Below, one piece after another: positions 47,992 to 58,695 of a stretch of DNA of 64,000 nucleotides. The translations under genes were made by a program, and so were the position numbers. How positions within the stretch are numbered: position 1 is the stretch's first letter; each line of letters starts with the position of its first letter. The stretch is from Ignavibacteriota bacterium (GTDB lineage Bacteria > Bacteroidota > Ignavibacteria > UBA10030), in contig OY969585.1 in assembly GCA_963701295.1 (NCBI GenBank), positions 1,120,001 to 1,184,000 on the forward strand. The letters are read 5' to 3'. A model generated the notes under the pieces. That model had not been told where the DNA came from. It was given only the letters and a program-made list of their open reading frames with translations, and searched no databases.

Positions 47992-48291
47992 ATGAAAATT
48001 CTGGCACTTGAAAAAGAAATCCCCGGTATAACCGATAACCGGTTTACTCCTGAGATTCTTCGCAAGGAATCTGCGCGGGCGTGGGAACTGCAACAGGAAG
48101 GAATAATCCGCGAATTATATTTCCGCTATGATCGTCAGGAAGCGGTACTCATACTCGAATGTAAGAACGCTGAAGAAGCTCGATCGGTGCTTGCATCGCT
48201 GCCGTTAGTCAAAGAAGGCCTGATCACATTTGACATTATCCCTTTGACAGCATACCCGGGGTTTGCCAGGCTTTTTGAAAAGAAGAAATAA
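47992..48291 (+). CDS. Muconolactone isomerase-like small protein
   Basis: E...AWEL...G.IRE.YFR, AVLILEC....EA...L..LPLV..GLI.FD.IPL..YP. Confidence 0.7.
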   Translation: MKILALEKEIPGITDNRFTPEILRKESARAWELQQEGIIRELYFRYDRQEAVLILECKNAEEARSVLASLPLVKEGLITFDIIPLTAYPGFARLFEKKK

Positions 48292-48503
48292 CAAGGCTGT
48301 AAAAAATAGGCAAGAGAACGGTGTTCGTCAATGAATGCTGCTTGATGCAATAAAACATTTTTTTATACATAGCCCTGCGTGCATGTGTTCAGCTATCGGC
48401 TTCGGGTCGACACCTGTCGATCAGGATACTCTAGACCTGAAAAAGGATGCAGGTGCATTTCACTTATCGTGAGTGTTCTTCTCAATCATCGCTATTTTTC
48501 TTG

Positions 48504-49130
48504 TCAAGACTCTCCGGATACAAAATCCTTCGCACAATCCGGGCAGAGGCCATGACTGAGTGTTGCATCGGAGTGCTCCAATAAATATTTTTCCAATTGA
48601 TTCCAATATCCCTTATCGTCTCGAATTTTTTTACAGGATGAACAGATTGGAATAAGCCCGCTGAGTTTTTTTACGTTCGCGAGCGCTTCTTGGAGTTCAC
48701 GAATCAGTTTTTCCCGTTCTTTCTCTGCCTGTCTGCGTTCTTGAATAAGACGCCATTCACGCAACGTGCGCTCCACGGTATGAGGCATCGAGTCAAATGC
48801 TTCAGGGGATTTCACAACGTAATCCATCGCTCCCGATTTGAGCGCTTGGACAGCTAATTCTTCGCCGCCATGTGATGTGAGTATGACGACAGGGAAACGA
48901 TCTTTGCACATCGGCACTAAAGCTACACCTTGTCCATCCGGTAAACCATTATCGATCAATGCTAAATGAGGTGGATGGCTTTCGATTTCTGTTTTGGCTT
49001 CACGCAGAGTTCGAGCGACGATCACAGAATATTCTTCTGCCGAATCTGCAAAGGCACGGCAGATCAGCTCGGCGTGACCGGATTCGTCTTCCACAAGTAA
49101 AATCCGTCGATCAGAATTATTCTTGGACAT
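48504..49130 (-). CDS. Response regulator with coiled-coil and C-terminal Cys-rich module
   Basis: ILLVEDE, LID..LPD, GAMDYVVK; LIPICSSCKKIRDDKGYW...SHGLCPDC. Confidence 0.88.
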   Translation of the reverse strand: MSKNNSDRRILLVEDESGHAELICRAFADSAEEYSVIVARTLREAKTEIESHPPHLALIDNGLPDGQGVALVPMCKDRFPVVILTSHGGEELAVQALKSGAMDYVVKSPEAFDSMPHTVERTLREWRLIQERRQAEKEREKLIRELQEALANVKKLSGLIPICSSCKKIRDDKGYWNQLEKYLLEHSDATLSHGLCPDCAKDFVSGES

Positions 49131-49150
49131 TCACCCCATCCTTTCTTTCT

Positions 49151-49591
49151 TCACCAAGGGCGTTTGTTCCATGCCAGCCAGTAATAACCTAAATCGCGCA
49201 AAAGGCGTGAGAAGTTATCAAAATTGACCGGCTTGGTCACATAGCTGTTTGCATGGTATTCATACGCTTGGGCCAAATCTTTTTCAGCGTCGGATGTCGT
49301 AAGGACGACAATCGGAATCGCTTGCAGTGTTAAATCACGCTTTATTTGTTTAAGTACTTCCAAACCATCAATCCGCGGTAAACGCAAGTCCAATAATATG
49401 AGATCCGGACGCGGAAATTTCTTATGATCGGAATATGTGCCTCGTCTATACACATAGTCGAGTGCAGCTTCACCGTCTTCAACATGATTAATATGGTTAG
49501 CAACCTGAAATTCTTCCAGATTGCGTTTGACAAGTTCCGCATGATCGGGGTTATCTTCTACTAGTAATATTGTCATTGGCCTGCCAATCAT
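49151..49591 (-). CDS. Single-domain response regulator (Rcp1-like)
   Basis: ILLVEDNPDH, PDLILLDLRLPRIDG, VLTTS, ANSY.TKP, YWL. Confidence 0.92.
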   Translation of the reverse strand: MIGRPMTILLVEDNPDHAELVKRNLEEFQVANHINHVEDGEAALDYVYRRGTYSDHKKFPRPDLILLDLRLPRIDGLEVLKQIKRDLTLQAIPIVVLTTSDAEKDLAQAYEYHANSYVTKPVNFDNFSRLLRDLGYYWLAWNKRPW

Positions 49592-51915
49592 TGTTCAAGT
49601 TCCTTTCGTGTTATGTGGTTTGAGGAGAGTGTAAAGCAGAACGTTGCACCAAAACCTTTGCCTTGTGATTCAACCCAGACTCTTCCGCCGTGAATTTCTA
49701 CAATGCGGTGTACGAGAGCCAATCCAATACCGGTGCCATGGGTGCTGGTATCGAGCTTGTTAAATAATCCAAACACTGTTTCGTGATAGTGCGGATCCAC
49801 ACCGATGCCATTGTCTTGGACATAGATCACCTGTTCTTCATGGTCTTTCCGCGTACCGATTTCAATACATGGATTCGGCTGGTTCCCCATAAACTTGACG
49901 GCATTTTCTATCAAATTTTGCAGCACTTGTGCCAAACGCCGTTGATCGCCATAGACCATCGGTAAACCTGGTTGAATAACTACTTCAACTTTACGTTCTG
50001 TAATCGCTCCGGCGAGCAGCCCCACAACTTCTTGCACTAGTTCAGCCAGATTCACATCCGATGGCGGGTTCATGGTGCGCCCAATGCGGGAAAGCTCCAG
50101 AAGATTTCCAAGGAGCCCTCCCATTTTATCGGCAGCGTCAGCAATCCTCCGCAGATCGCTTTCCAATCGTTGATATCGCCCAGCGATGACATCATGCAGC
50201 AATGCACCTGCAAATCCTTTAATGGTAATCAGCGGACTTTTCAAGTCGTGCGATACCGTGTAAGTAAAGCGTTCTAACTCTGCGTTCTTATCCTGCAATT
50301 CCTTTTGCTTTTGCCTGCGTTCAGTAATGTCTTCAAACACCGTTGCGAAAGTGCCTTGCTTCGGCGAAATAACACCAATACGAAAGTGCCTTTCCAGCGG
50401 TAAAAAATATGTTTCGAAAGTATATGGTTCTCCGGTGCGCGCTACGCGTTCGAATTCTTCAAAGTATGGCGGTGTCTCTGTGCCGTAGAGAACACTCGCC
50501 AATAATCCTTTTGCTTTCTTATGGAGAAGGCCTGTATGCTTTTCATAAGACGGATTAATATCGAGGATGCGATAATCAACCGCCTTGCCGTTCTCATCGT
50601 AGACCATTTCATGTAGTGCAACACCTTCTGTCAAATTCTCGAACAAAGTACGGAATTTATGTTCGCTATCGCTGAGATTGGCTAATAATTTTTCGCGTTC
50701 TTGCTGCAACAATTTCCATTCAGTGATATCGCGTGCGAACGTGCAGACCAACTGCTTTCCGCCGAATGTCACTGTATTTGCTGAAATAACGACATCAATG
50801 ATAGAACCATCTTTTCTTCGAAATCGCCACTCATCTGAGAGCGATTGACGAGTTGTTATAATGGTTATTACGCTTTTTCTGATTTCTTCAAAAGGTGCAA
50901 GTACTATTTTTTCTACCGGGAGCAGATGTGATTCTTCCGGCGAATATCCCAGCATTTTTTGAAAAGCGTGGTTTGAATTTATGATGTGCAAAGACTCGGG
51001 ATCAGTAATATAAATTGCATCGGCAGATTGTTCCACAACGGCGCGGAAACGCTCTTCGCTCTGACGCAATGCTTCTTCCTCTTGCTTGAGTATTATCTCC
51101 GCAAGCTTGCGTTCAGTGATATCCCTGCTTACCCCGACAATGCCGATAATCTTTCCGTGGTCATCTCTGATGGGAACTTTCGTCGTGACATGCCAGTTCA
51201 TCTTTCCCGTCTCTACATCTAAAACTTCTTCTTCGTGGTTAACAAGCGGTTCACCTGTTTCAACAATTTTCTGTTCATCTGCAGTGTATTGTCTTGCAAA
51301 TTGCGCCGGAAAAAAATCAAACGAAGTCTTACTCAATGCATCTTCTTGCTTGGACAAGCCTATTGAATGTAAATGAGCCGTATTATTGATGACATAATGA
51401 CCCTTCGCATCTGTGACATGCACTTTATCCGGTAAGGTATCAATCAGCGTACGGAGAAGGTTCCGTTCGCGAGCGATCATTTCCTTCGTTCTTTTTCGTA
51501 CCAGGTCGGCAATTTTATGCCCGCTCGCATTGGCAGAGAGGTTGACACCGAAGAGAAGTGAGCTTATTCTCAACTCACTGAATCTTCCCGTTACCCATCC
51601 AATGATGATACCAATAATACCGCTGAAAACGACAAAGACGAATTCCATGGAACCATACTGGAGAGTATATCCGTGCAGAAAGAAGTTTACGAAACCTACA
51701 ATCAATCCTGCCAACATTCCACTTCTTGCTCCCAACGCCCAAGCTGAGAGAACCACCGGAATTAAGACGATGATACCTCCGGTTTCACCCATATACGGAT
51801 GAATGCGAGAAAATATAGAGACATACAAAACGAGCAGCAAAATTGAAAGAGTCACTAAAGTTATTTGAAGAATATAACTTCGTAAATTACTTTCTTTTTT
51901 AATACGTTCTGTCAT
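49588..51915 (-). CDS. Membrane PAS-domain sensor histidine kinase
   Basis: 3-4 TM, three PAS/PAC (DITE motifs), SHDLKSPL, NLIENAVKF, DNGIG, GTGIGL. Confidence 0.93.
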   Translation of the reverse strand: MTERIKKESNLRSYILQITLVTLSILLLVLYVSIFSRIHPYMGETGGIIVLIPVVLSAWALGARSGMLAGLIVGFVNFFLHGYTLQYGSMEFVFVVFSGIIGIIIGWVTGRFSELRISSLLFGVNLSANASGHKIADLVRKRTKEMIARERNLLRTLIDTLPDKVHVTDAKGHYVINNTAHLHSIGLSKQEDALSKTSFDFFPAQFARQYTADEQKIVETGEPLVNHEEEVLDVETGKMNWHVTTKVPIRDDHGKIIGIVGVSRDITERKLAEIILKQEEEALRQSEERFRAVVEQSADAIYITDPESLHIINSNHAFQKMLGYSPEESHLLPVEKIVLAPFEEIRKSVITIITTRQSLSDEWRFRRKDGSIIDVVISANTVTFGGKQLVCTFARDITEWKLLQQEREKLLANLSDSEHKFRTLFENLTEGVALHEMVYDENGKAVDYRILDINPSYEKHTGLLHKKAKGLLASVLYGTETPPYFEEFERVARTGEPYTFETYFLPLERHFRIGVISPKQGTFATVFEDITERRQKQKELQDKNAELERFTYTVSHDLKSPLITIKGFAGALLHDVIAGRYQRLESDLRRIADAADKMGGLLGNLLELSRIGRTMNPPSDVNLAELVQEVVGLLAGAITERKVEVVIQPGLPMVYGDQRRLAQVLQNLIENAVKFMGNQPNPCIEIGTRKDHEEQVIYVQDNGIGVDPHYHETVFGLFNKLDTSTHGTGIGLALVHRIVEIHGGRVWVESQGKGFGATFCFTLSSNHITRKELEQ

Positions 51916-51969
51916 TCTCTCGAATCCTTTTCGCTTCCTCTTGCTTCTTTTCTTGCATGATGCCTTGTG

Positions 51970-52848
51970 TTACGACAGTTGCTTCGCTGCTTTCAGCGTA
52001 TTCCTCAGAAGCATTGCAATGGTCATGAGACCAACACCGCCGGGAACAGGAGTGATGGCTTTTGCAATTTTCGCTGCAGATTCAAAATGCACATCGCCGA
52101 CAATTCGATATCCTTTCGGCAATGAAAGATCCTCCACGCGGTTGATGCCGACATCGATGACGACAACACCTTCTTTCAACATCGCACCGGTAATGAATTC
52201 AGGTCTACCAATTGCGGCTATCAAAATATCCGCGGACTTGAGGTAGGAGGTAAGATCAGAAGCACCTGTGTGTGCAACGGTGACAACCGCATTTGCACCG
52301 GATTGTTTCTGGAGAAGGATGTTCGCTATCGGCTTGCCCACAATATTACTCCGTCCAACAACAACAACATGTTTTCCAGCAGGATCATTTCCGCTGCGAA
52401 TGAGTAATTCCTGTATTCCCGCCGGTGTACATGATTTGAAGGTATCCTGACCGATGACTAACTTTCCAATATTCATCGGATGAAACCCATCGACATCCTT
52501 TCGCGGGTCGATTGCTCGGATTACTTCTTCCTCGCTGATATGTTTCGGCAGCGGCAGTTGGACGAGAAGTCCGTGGATGTTGGGATCGGCATTGAATTCA
52601 GCAATCTTTGTCAGTAATACATATTCCGGCGTGTCCATCGGCATTCGTTCGGTAACCGAATAGATGCCTGCTTCTTCGCACGCTTTTCCCTTTGATCGGA
52701 CATACGATTGTGAAGAGGGATTTTCGCCCACAAGGATAAACGCTAATCCCGGAACAATCCCTTTCGTCGTGCGCATACGGACGACTTCTTGTTTCACTTC
52801 ACGCTTGATATCTTCTGCTATTTTCTTCCCGTCAATAATTTCTGCCAT
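51970..52848 (-). CDS. folD: Methylenetetrahydrofolate dehydrogenase/cyclohydrolase
   Basis: IIDGK, LVQLPLP, KDVDGFHP.N, GRSNIVGKP, DVGINR, TPVPGGVG.MT. Confidence 0.97.
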   Translation of the reverse strand: MAEIIDGKKIAEDIKREVKQEVVRMRTTKGIVPGLAFILVGENPSSQSYVRSKGKACEEAGIYSVTERMPMDTPEYVLLTKIAEFNADPNIHGLLVQLPLPKHISEEEVIRAIDPRKDVDGFHPMNIGKLVIGQDTFKSCTPAGIQELLIRSGNDPAGKHVVVVGRSNIVGKPIANILLQKQSGANAVVTVAHTGASDLTSYLKSADILIAAIGRPEFITGAMLKEGVVVIDVGINRVEDLSLPKGYRIVGDVHFESAAKIAKAITPVPGGVGLMTIAMLLRNTLKAAKQLS

Positions 52849-52917
52849 TATGATTTCTCCAACCCTGCTGATTGATCACAGATTATGAATTCGCAGATAA
52901 TGATTTGAGACTATTCT

Positions 52918-53826
52918 CTATCTGTTTTTTCTACGAATGTTAATCTGTTTCGCCTTTTCACAATCCATCGTAACAAACGGTACTCTCATAGCGAATCCTT
53001 GGTTTCTTTTTGCTCTACGATTTAGCTTGTCTTCGATCCGTTGAAAAATCTCATCCTGAAGACTTGACGGCACAATTCCCTTCCACGCTTCCATGAAGGC
53101 TACCTTCATAAAAAAATGATTGAACATCGATGTGCCATCCGAAAAACGATAGGTAAATTCATCTTTATAAATTGCTCGAACCAGAAAACCTGCTTCACCC
53201 AGCACATTTTTGAACTCGGAGAGCGGCTTGCGTTTGGAATAGATATGAGCATCAATTTTTTCTTCACATTCCCGCAATCCGTGTTCCCTCAGTACTTCAC
53301 GGAACGCATCGTACAATTCTATAAATGTGCGATTCGTATTGAATGTAAAAACAAACTGTGCGGTCATTTTGGAAACACGATTGCATTCTGCCAGTACTTT
53401 GGTTAAATCCTGCACATTATTTAAACCATTATTTGAGACAATCAGATCAAAAAAATTGTTTTCAAACGGCATTGTTTCGGCAGCACCTTCGATCAATTCA
53501 ATGTTCTGTACGTCAGTATATTTGAGCTTGAGTCGAGTCCGCTCCATTCCTGCTTTCCCGGGATCTATGCCATAGATTTTCGATGTAGAACCGAGGCGCA
53601 TCGCAAGTTCTATGAGGGGAAATCCAAATCCGAAACCAATATCGAGAGCGCGTATATTTTTCTTATAGCGGACTTTGTCCAATAATTTTATACCAAATGG
53701 AGCAGACCAGAAAGGCAAATCATCAATGATGGATATACAAGCAGGATCGTTAAGATTGTATTGAGCTCGCAAATACTGTGTCATTGTACCAGTTTCATAG
53801 ATCGTGTTTTGCTTCCACGTGAACAC
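52918..53826 (-). CDS. Class I SAM-dependent methyltransferase
   Basis: LDIGFGFGFP, GIDP, FDLIVSNNG.NN; real start may be 53784. Confidence 0.85.
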   Translation of the reverse strand: MFTWKQNTIYETGTMTQYLRAQYNLNDPACISIIDDLPFWSAPFGIKLLDKVRYKKNIRALDIGFGFGFPLIELAMRLGSTSKIYGIDPGKAGMERTRLKLKYTDVQNIELIEGAAETMPFENNFFDLIVSNNGLNNVQDLTKVLAECNRVSKMTAQFVFTFNTNRTFIELYDAFREVLREHGLRECEEKIDAHIYSKRKPLSEFKNVLGEAGFLVRAIYKDEFTYRFSDGTSMFNHFFMKVAFMEAWKGIVPSSLQDEIFQRIEDKLNRRAKRNQGFAMRVPFVTMDCEKAKQINIRRKNR

Positions 53827-53829
53827 AAA

Positions 53830-54630
53830 CTACTGAAAACTTGGGAAAATCACTTGTTCAATCTTTGTCGCTTTCCCCGTTTCAACATCCACCTGAATAT
53901 AGACCGCGCACATTCGCACATCATGTTCGGCTATTTCAAACTTGAACGGTGTCTGGAACATGAATCGACGAATCGCAATTTCCTTCTTCATTCCGATGAC
54001 CGAGTCGTACGGCCCGCTCATTCCTACATCGGTAATGTATGCAGTGCCGTTTGGAAGAATCCGTGCATCTGATGTCGGAATGTGTGTGTGTGTGCCGACG
54101 ATTGCGCTTACACGTCCGTCAAGGTGCCACGCAAGCGCCATTTTTTCCGCGGTCGCTTCGGCGTGCATATCGATCAGTGCTACCTTCGTATCATTTGCTA
54201 TCCTGCTCAATGCCCAATCTGCCGCCTTAAACGGATCGTCAATCGTTTGCATGAATGTCCGCCCCTGTAAATTTATGACGCCAACACGCCCCTTTTCTTT
54301 TAAATCGTATATGACGAAACCGCTACCAGGATTTTCTTTTGGATAATTCAACGGGCGCAGAATGTTGCGCTCTTTTGAAAGCAGTGCTTTGGCTTGCCAT
54401 CGATCCCACAAATGATTGCCGGTGGTTATAACATGAACTCCTAATCCAAACAACGTCTTCGCATCTGCCTCATCAATCCCTTTTCCTTCAGTGACATTCT
54501 CGCCATTGACGATACAAAAATCGATTTCGTACTTTTTGATATACTGTTTAAGCAATGAAGAGATGAGCGTAAATCCCGGTTTGCCGTTAATATCACCGAC
54601 AAAGAAGATGTTCAAAGATTTCGCCATCAA
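53830..54630 (-). CDS. TIGR00282 family metallophosphoesterase (B. subtilis YmdB-like)
   Basis: GDI.G.PG, NGEN, TTGNH.WD, RPLNYP, HAEATAEK, GTHTH, TDVGM.GP. Confidence 0.95.
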   Translation of the reverse strand: MMAKSLNIFFVGDINGKPGFTLISSLLKQYIKKYEIDFCIVNGENVTEGKGIDEADAKTLFGLGVHVITTGNHLWDRWQAKALLSKERNILRPLNYPKENPGSGFVIYDLKEKGRVGVINLQGRTFMQTIDDPFKAADWALSRIANDTKVALIDMHAEATAEKMALAWHLDGRVSAIVGTHTHIPTSDARILPNGTAYITDVGMSGPYDSVIGMKKEIAIRRFMFQTPFKFEIAEHDVRMCAVYIQVDVETGKATKIEQVIFPSFQ

Positions 54631-54703
54631 AACCTCTCATGTGTGCACTGCTCGTCCGATCTGCAGTGCAATATACAAAAAATGTCGGTAGATGAAAAGG
54701 TGA

Positions 54704-55741
54704 TCAAGCCAATCCTAATACATGTTCATACACCTGCTTCGTCTTCTCTCCCACCTTGTTCCAGATAAATTCTTTTCTGATACGCTCCTGCAACTCTGTA
54801 TCTTTTCCTTTCCTTAACGCCGTTTGAATTCCTTTTACGATGTCTTTCACAGAGGTTGGATCAACGTAGGTGGCATTATTCCCAAAATAATCTCGTGTTC
54901 CTCCAAAAGGGGTAATGACAATCTTAGCGCCTGCCAGCGCTGCTTCCAACGCGGAAATGCCCGGTGTTTCATACTGTGACGGCAAGACGAACACATCACA
55001 CGCGCTGTATGCAGAAGCAAGCAGCATGGAATCATGCGAAAGTTCGTTGATAACGAGCAGCCGTGGATTGTGTTTCGCCAGTTCAAGACAACTGCGGCCT
55101 GATGGAGAGTCATCAAAAGATCCAATGATGACCGCGGTGTGATTGACCTGTTCCAGTGCCTTCAGCAATTGGTACACATTTTTCCGATGCGGACCAATCT
55201 GCCCAACATAGAGAATAAAATCCTTCATTTCATACTGACGCACAAACAAGTCAGAAGAAGCTTTGGCAAATCGTTCTTCTACTCCATTAGCAGTGATAAA
55301 AAGATTTTTCGATGGGATATTCATGGCATACTGCATAAGATGCGCTTCGGCTTGCGTGTTCGGTAGAACGGCATTTGCCCATCCGCACATTTCAGAAATG
55401 AGGCCATAGTCTGTCCAAAATCCACGTATCAATTGATTGAGGAATGTATCAATACGGATAACAGAACGAACAACACTATCTGATCGACGGGTGAAGAACA
55501 CAGGTGATACTACAAACGGCATATTCCGAAGTCGTAACGCCCTAGCAAAATGATACGTTGCCATGTTCGCTGAAAAGATATGGACAAGGTCATAGTCCGC
55601 TGGATCGAAATCCCTCCACATTTCATAGAGCGTCACTGTCACACCAAGCTCTTCGAGCGCTGCTTTTGTCTGTCGCATTTGCGTCCGCACTCCACCTTGG
55701 TGCAGCCCAACAGCTTGATGAGTCGCAAATAACACGCGCAT
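54704..55741 (-). CDS. Glycosyltransferase family 4
   Basis: NGV, KN...L..A, FVLPS.YETPG..ALEA. Confidence 0.9.
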   Translation of the reverse strand: MRVLFATHQAVGLHQGGVRTQMRQTKAALEELGVTVTLYEMWRDFDPADYDLVHIFSANMATYHFARALRLRNMPFVVSPVFFTRRSDSVVRSVIRIDTFLNQLIRGFWTDYGLISEMCGWANAVLPNTQAEAHLMQYAMNIPSKNLFITANGVEERFAKASSDLFVRQYEMKDFILYVGQIGPHRKNVYQLLKALEQVNHTAVIIGSFDDSPSGRSCLELAKHNPRLLVINELSHDSMLLASAYSACDVFVLPSQYETPGISALEAALAGAKIVITPFGGTRDYFGNNATYVDPTSVKDIVKGIQTALRKGKDTELQERIRKEFIWNKVGEKTKQVYEHVLGLA

Positions 55742-55750
55742 ACGATTCCT

Positions 55751-57307
55751 TTATGTTTTCTTTCGCCGAATGAAATTCGTTACTGCATCAAGACCGCGTA
55801 CAAGCTGGACGCGATAATTCAATCGCCGTTCACGCAAATACTCATTGGGCATCATCCATGGTGCAGGTTTCGAGCCCCAGCGAATTGCTTCCAGCACTAT
55901 TTGCTTCGATGTCGGAATGATAGCTTCTGTTCCATTCGGCCGTGTGATACGCACATACAACGACCGATCTCGTTGAACTCCGCGTAAATGTACATTTCCT
56001 TTTGTATATCGAAATTCAGGAATAGATGCTGCACGCATCTTCCACCATTGCGCATACTCATGCATCGTCTTGATCGGCACGTGATTTTGGCGCATCTCCT
56101 GAAACAACCAATCCAGCACTGTATGATGCCCATCTCTGGGATGATGATAAAATATCATCGGCTCTCGGGTTGCAAGTCTTCGTTGCATCACACTTTCAAA
56201 ATAGTGTATCATGCGTGAGTCGTTATAGCCATGCCGTTTCAAACTGCCGATGCAAATTGGGTGAATCGGAACTTGAAGTGCGCCCTGACCGTGTTCGAGC
56301 CTGGGCATAACCGGCACATCATCATAATCATACGAAAACTCTGATGAATATTCAAAGCCGCACTCAAGAATTGCACGGCCAAGTTCTTCGTTCCATATGC
56401 CGAACGGCGCCGCAAATCCTTTCGCCTCAAGTTTAGCATGATGCAATATTGCCTGCGCTTTTCGTATGTTCTGAATATTTCGCTCATAATCCGGAAATGT
56501 TTGATGCTCGTAACAATGCACACCTATTTCTTGTTTATGCATTTCTTTGTAGAATTTAATCGACTTTTCTTGACTCTTTACGTCAACAAACCATGTTGCG
56601 GAAATACCGTTCCGATGGATCGTAGAAGACAGCTCTTCCATTTGTTCATCTGTTCCATAGTCTGTATCAATACGAAAACAGAAGATGGATCGTGCACCAT
56701 TGGGAAAGTGCCATATATGCACATAGGGCAGCCCGCGGCGATGATGGAGGAATTCAAGACAGCATGAAACAAGCTCCCGGATTTCCCCTTTTGAAACAAG
56801 CGAGACTGTTTCAAACGGTAGCCGGCGCTCCGGTGAATAAAATGATTTAATCGCTGTGCGGCGATCAAACACTAACGAAGCCGGATCAAACGGAAGCGCA
56901 ATAACAAGGTCTTTCGAACGTGTCCCGACATGAGCCCCTAAACTGCCCCTGTTCGTCCTTAAATCGTTGGCATTCCATGCAAGTTGACATTCTGCATAAA
57001 CGTCGATGACACCAACTGATCGAAAGGGCGAATCATTCGCCGGATAGAGATAGTTGACATTCATCGATTGAACAGTCGTTTGTCGAATTCGAGCGTACAC
57101 TTTGGCCGAGCAGAGCACAGCTCCACCCAGTGTAAGGTATTGACGCAGCATTTCCGATTCGCGGTCGTTGATATCATCACTCACCACTGCAACACTGAAT
57201 TCATCCGGAAGCAATGTGTTCGTGATGCCGACATGAGGAATGCCGATTTGCTGAAGCAGCAATTTCCATCCATCTTGTTCACCTAGTATTCCGATTTTCA
57301 AATGCAT
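55751..57307 (-). CDS. Polysaccharide deacetylase family protein
   Basis: FRIDTD, ATWF, EIGVHCYEH, GFAAPFG, YSSEF, YHHP; start set at MHLKIG. Confidence 0.75.
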   Translation of the reverse strand: MHLKIGILGEQDGWKLLLQQIGIPHVGITNTLLPDEFSVAVVSDDINDRESEMLRQYLTLGGAVLCSAKVYARIRQTTVQSMNVNYLYPANDSPFRSVGVIDVYAECQLAWNANDLRTNRGSLGAHVGTRSKDLVIALPFDPASLVFDRRTAIKSFYSPERRLPFETVSLVSKGEIRELVSCCLEFLHHRRGLPYVHIWHFPNGARSIFCFRIDTDYGTDEQMEELSSTIHRNGISATWFVDVKSQEKSIKFYKEMHKQEIGVHCYEHQTFPDYERNIQNIRKAQAILHHAKLEAKGFAAPFGIWNEELGRAILECGFEYSSEFSYDYDDVPVMPRLEHGQGALQVPIHPICIGSLKRHGYNDSRMIHYFESVMQRRLATREPMIFYHHPRDGHHTVLDWLFQEMRQNHVPIKTMHEYAQWWKMRAASIPEFRYTKGNVHLRGVQRDRSLYVRITRPNGTEAIIPTSKQIVLEAIRWGSKPAPWMMPNEYLRERRLNYRVQLVRGLDAVTNFIRRKKT

Positions 57308-58695
57308 TAGAACCTCGCCATAAATGTTTTTACATCGTTCCACGCAATCGCTCGAAGAAGAATTATGAAAAAACAATAACTCCCTACTCCCATAAGAACC
57401 GCCCATAGGAACCCATACTGCACAACAGAGGCAATAGCGATAGCCATCAATACAACTGAAAGAACCACACGCAATATTTTTTCTGGCGGAGCCAGCGGCA
57501 CTAAGAGGCGCAATGCACGACTAATCAGTACAACACTCAATCCTTCGGCTACGACCACACCGAATGCTGCGCCGAGAGGACCAAACCAAAAAGCACCGGC
57601 ACTTACAGCGAAGAAGTATGCAAGCGCTGTAATAATCATGATTTTCCCGTAAGACTTTTCACCTCCTGCGCCAATTAATCCGGAAGTGAATACCGTGTGC
57701 AGCATTGTTAAGAAAAAATACCAGATGAACACTTGCAACACGTGTGCAGATGCACCGTATTCTGCCCCAAAGACAATCCGAATCAAGTCATCTGCGATCA
57801 ACATTCCACCAACTGCAAGAGGCAGACTGATAAGAAGGATCCATCGCACTGCATCACGCAACAGTCCTTGGAACATCTCGGGTGAGTCATGAAATTTACG
57901 CGCGGAGGCTGGGAGAAGCAGCAGCACGAGGATACGGTCACCCATCATCAGGAAGTACACTAATTTGCCCGCCGCACTATAGACACCAATATCAGAGGAT
58001 GTCTTCAAGATTCCAAGTGCGAGAACCGGATAGTTTGTTATAAGCGTTGTAAGAATTATTCCAATTGCGAGCGGAGCAGATTGCTTGAATAAGCTCAGCG
58101 ACGGCGTAAAACGAATGTGAATATTGTGATATTTTTTGCGAAATTGAGTAAACAGAAGCGTCGATGCAGCACATTCTCCGCATATACTTCCAACCGCAAC
58201 CCACAAGACATTGTCGACTGTTCGCACAAAGATGAGAACGACGGCAAGATAGACAACCGATTGCAGTATTCTCGCTGCACTGACAACTCCCATCGTCTCC
58301 TTTCCCTGGAAGAACCAATCGACAAAAAAGATTTGAGGAAGAAGTGAAAATAGAAAGAGAATAATCAGCCATGAAATTATTCTATTCTGAACTCCGGCTA
58401 TCACTGTAAGAACAATTACTGCGAGCACGAGAATAGTAGAGATCAATCTGCTACCAATCACTTGTCCTACTACTTCAAGCGATGCTCCTTGAGCAATTTT
58501 CTTTGTCCCAATCGTTGGAAAACCAGCCGCACTTAAAACCATACCATATGCCAGTACTGCAAAGCCAAGATTGACGGCACCGAAATCTTCCTTTCCCAGT
58601 ACTCGTGCAAGATACGCCACAGAAATAAAACCTAGCAGACGACGTACTATATCTGCAGTAAAGAGTGAGAGAAGATTTTGAGAAAGTCGTTTCAC
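57307..58695 (-). CDS. Wzx-type polysaccharide flippase
   Basis: YLARVLG.EDFG, WFFQGKE.M, GVYSAA; about 12-14 TM; probable GTG start overlapping the upstream stop. Confidence 0.9.
   Translation of the reverse strand: MKRLSQNLLSLFTADIVRRLLGFISVAYLARVLGKEDFGAVNLGFAVLAYGMVLSAAGFPTIGTKKIAQGASLEVVGQVIGSRLISTILVLAVIVLTVIAGVQNRIISWLIILFLFSLLPQIFFVDWFFQGKETMGVVSAARILQSVVYLAVVLIFVRTVDNVLWVAVGSICGECAASTLLFTQFRKKYHNIHIRFTPSLSLFKQSAPLAIGIILTTLITNYPVLALGILKTSSDIGVYSAAGKLVYFLMMGDRILVLLLLPASARKFHDSPEMFQGLLRDAVRWILLISLPLAVGGMLIADDLIRIVFGAEYGASAHVLQVFIWYFFLTMLHTVFTSGLIGAGGEKSYGKIMIITALAYFFAVSAGAFWFGPLGAAFGVVVAEGLSVVLISRALRLLVPLAPPEKILRVVLSVVLMAIAIASVVQYGFLWAVLMGVGSYCFFIILLRAIAWNDVKTFMARF

Noticed and set aside
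48294-48460. Possible MITE ends (GGCTGTAAAAAA ... TTTTTATACATAGCC) and a TCGACA/TGTCGA hairpin as an ncRNA
   Set aside because: Arms are short and imperfect, occur once and match no RNA family I recognise; may just be a convergent terminator region.
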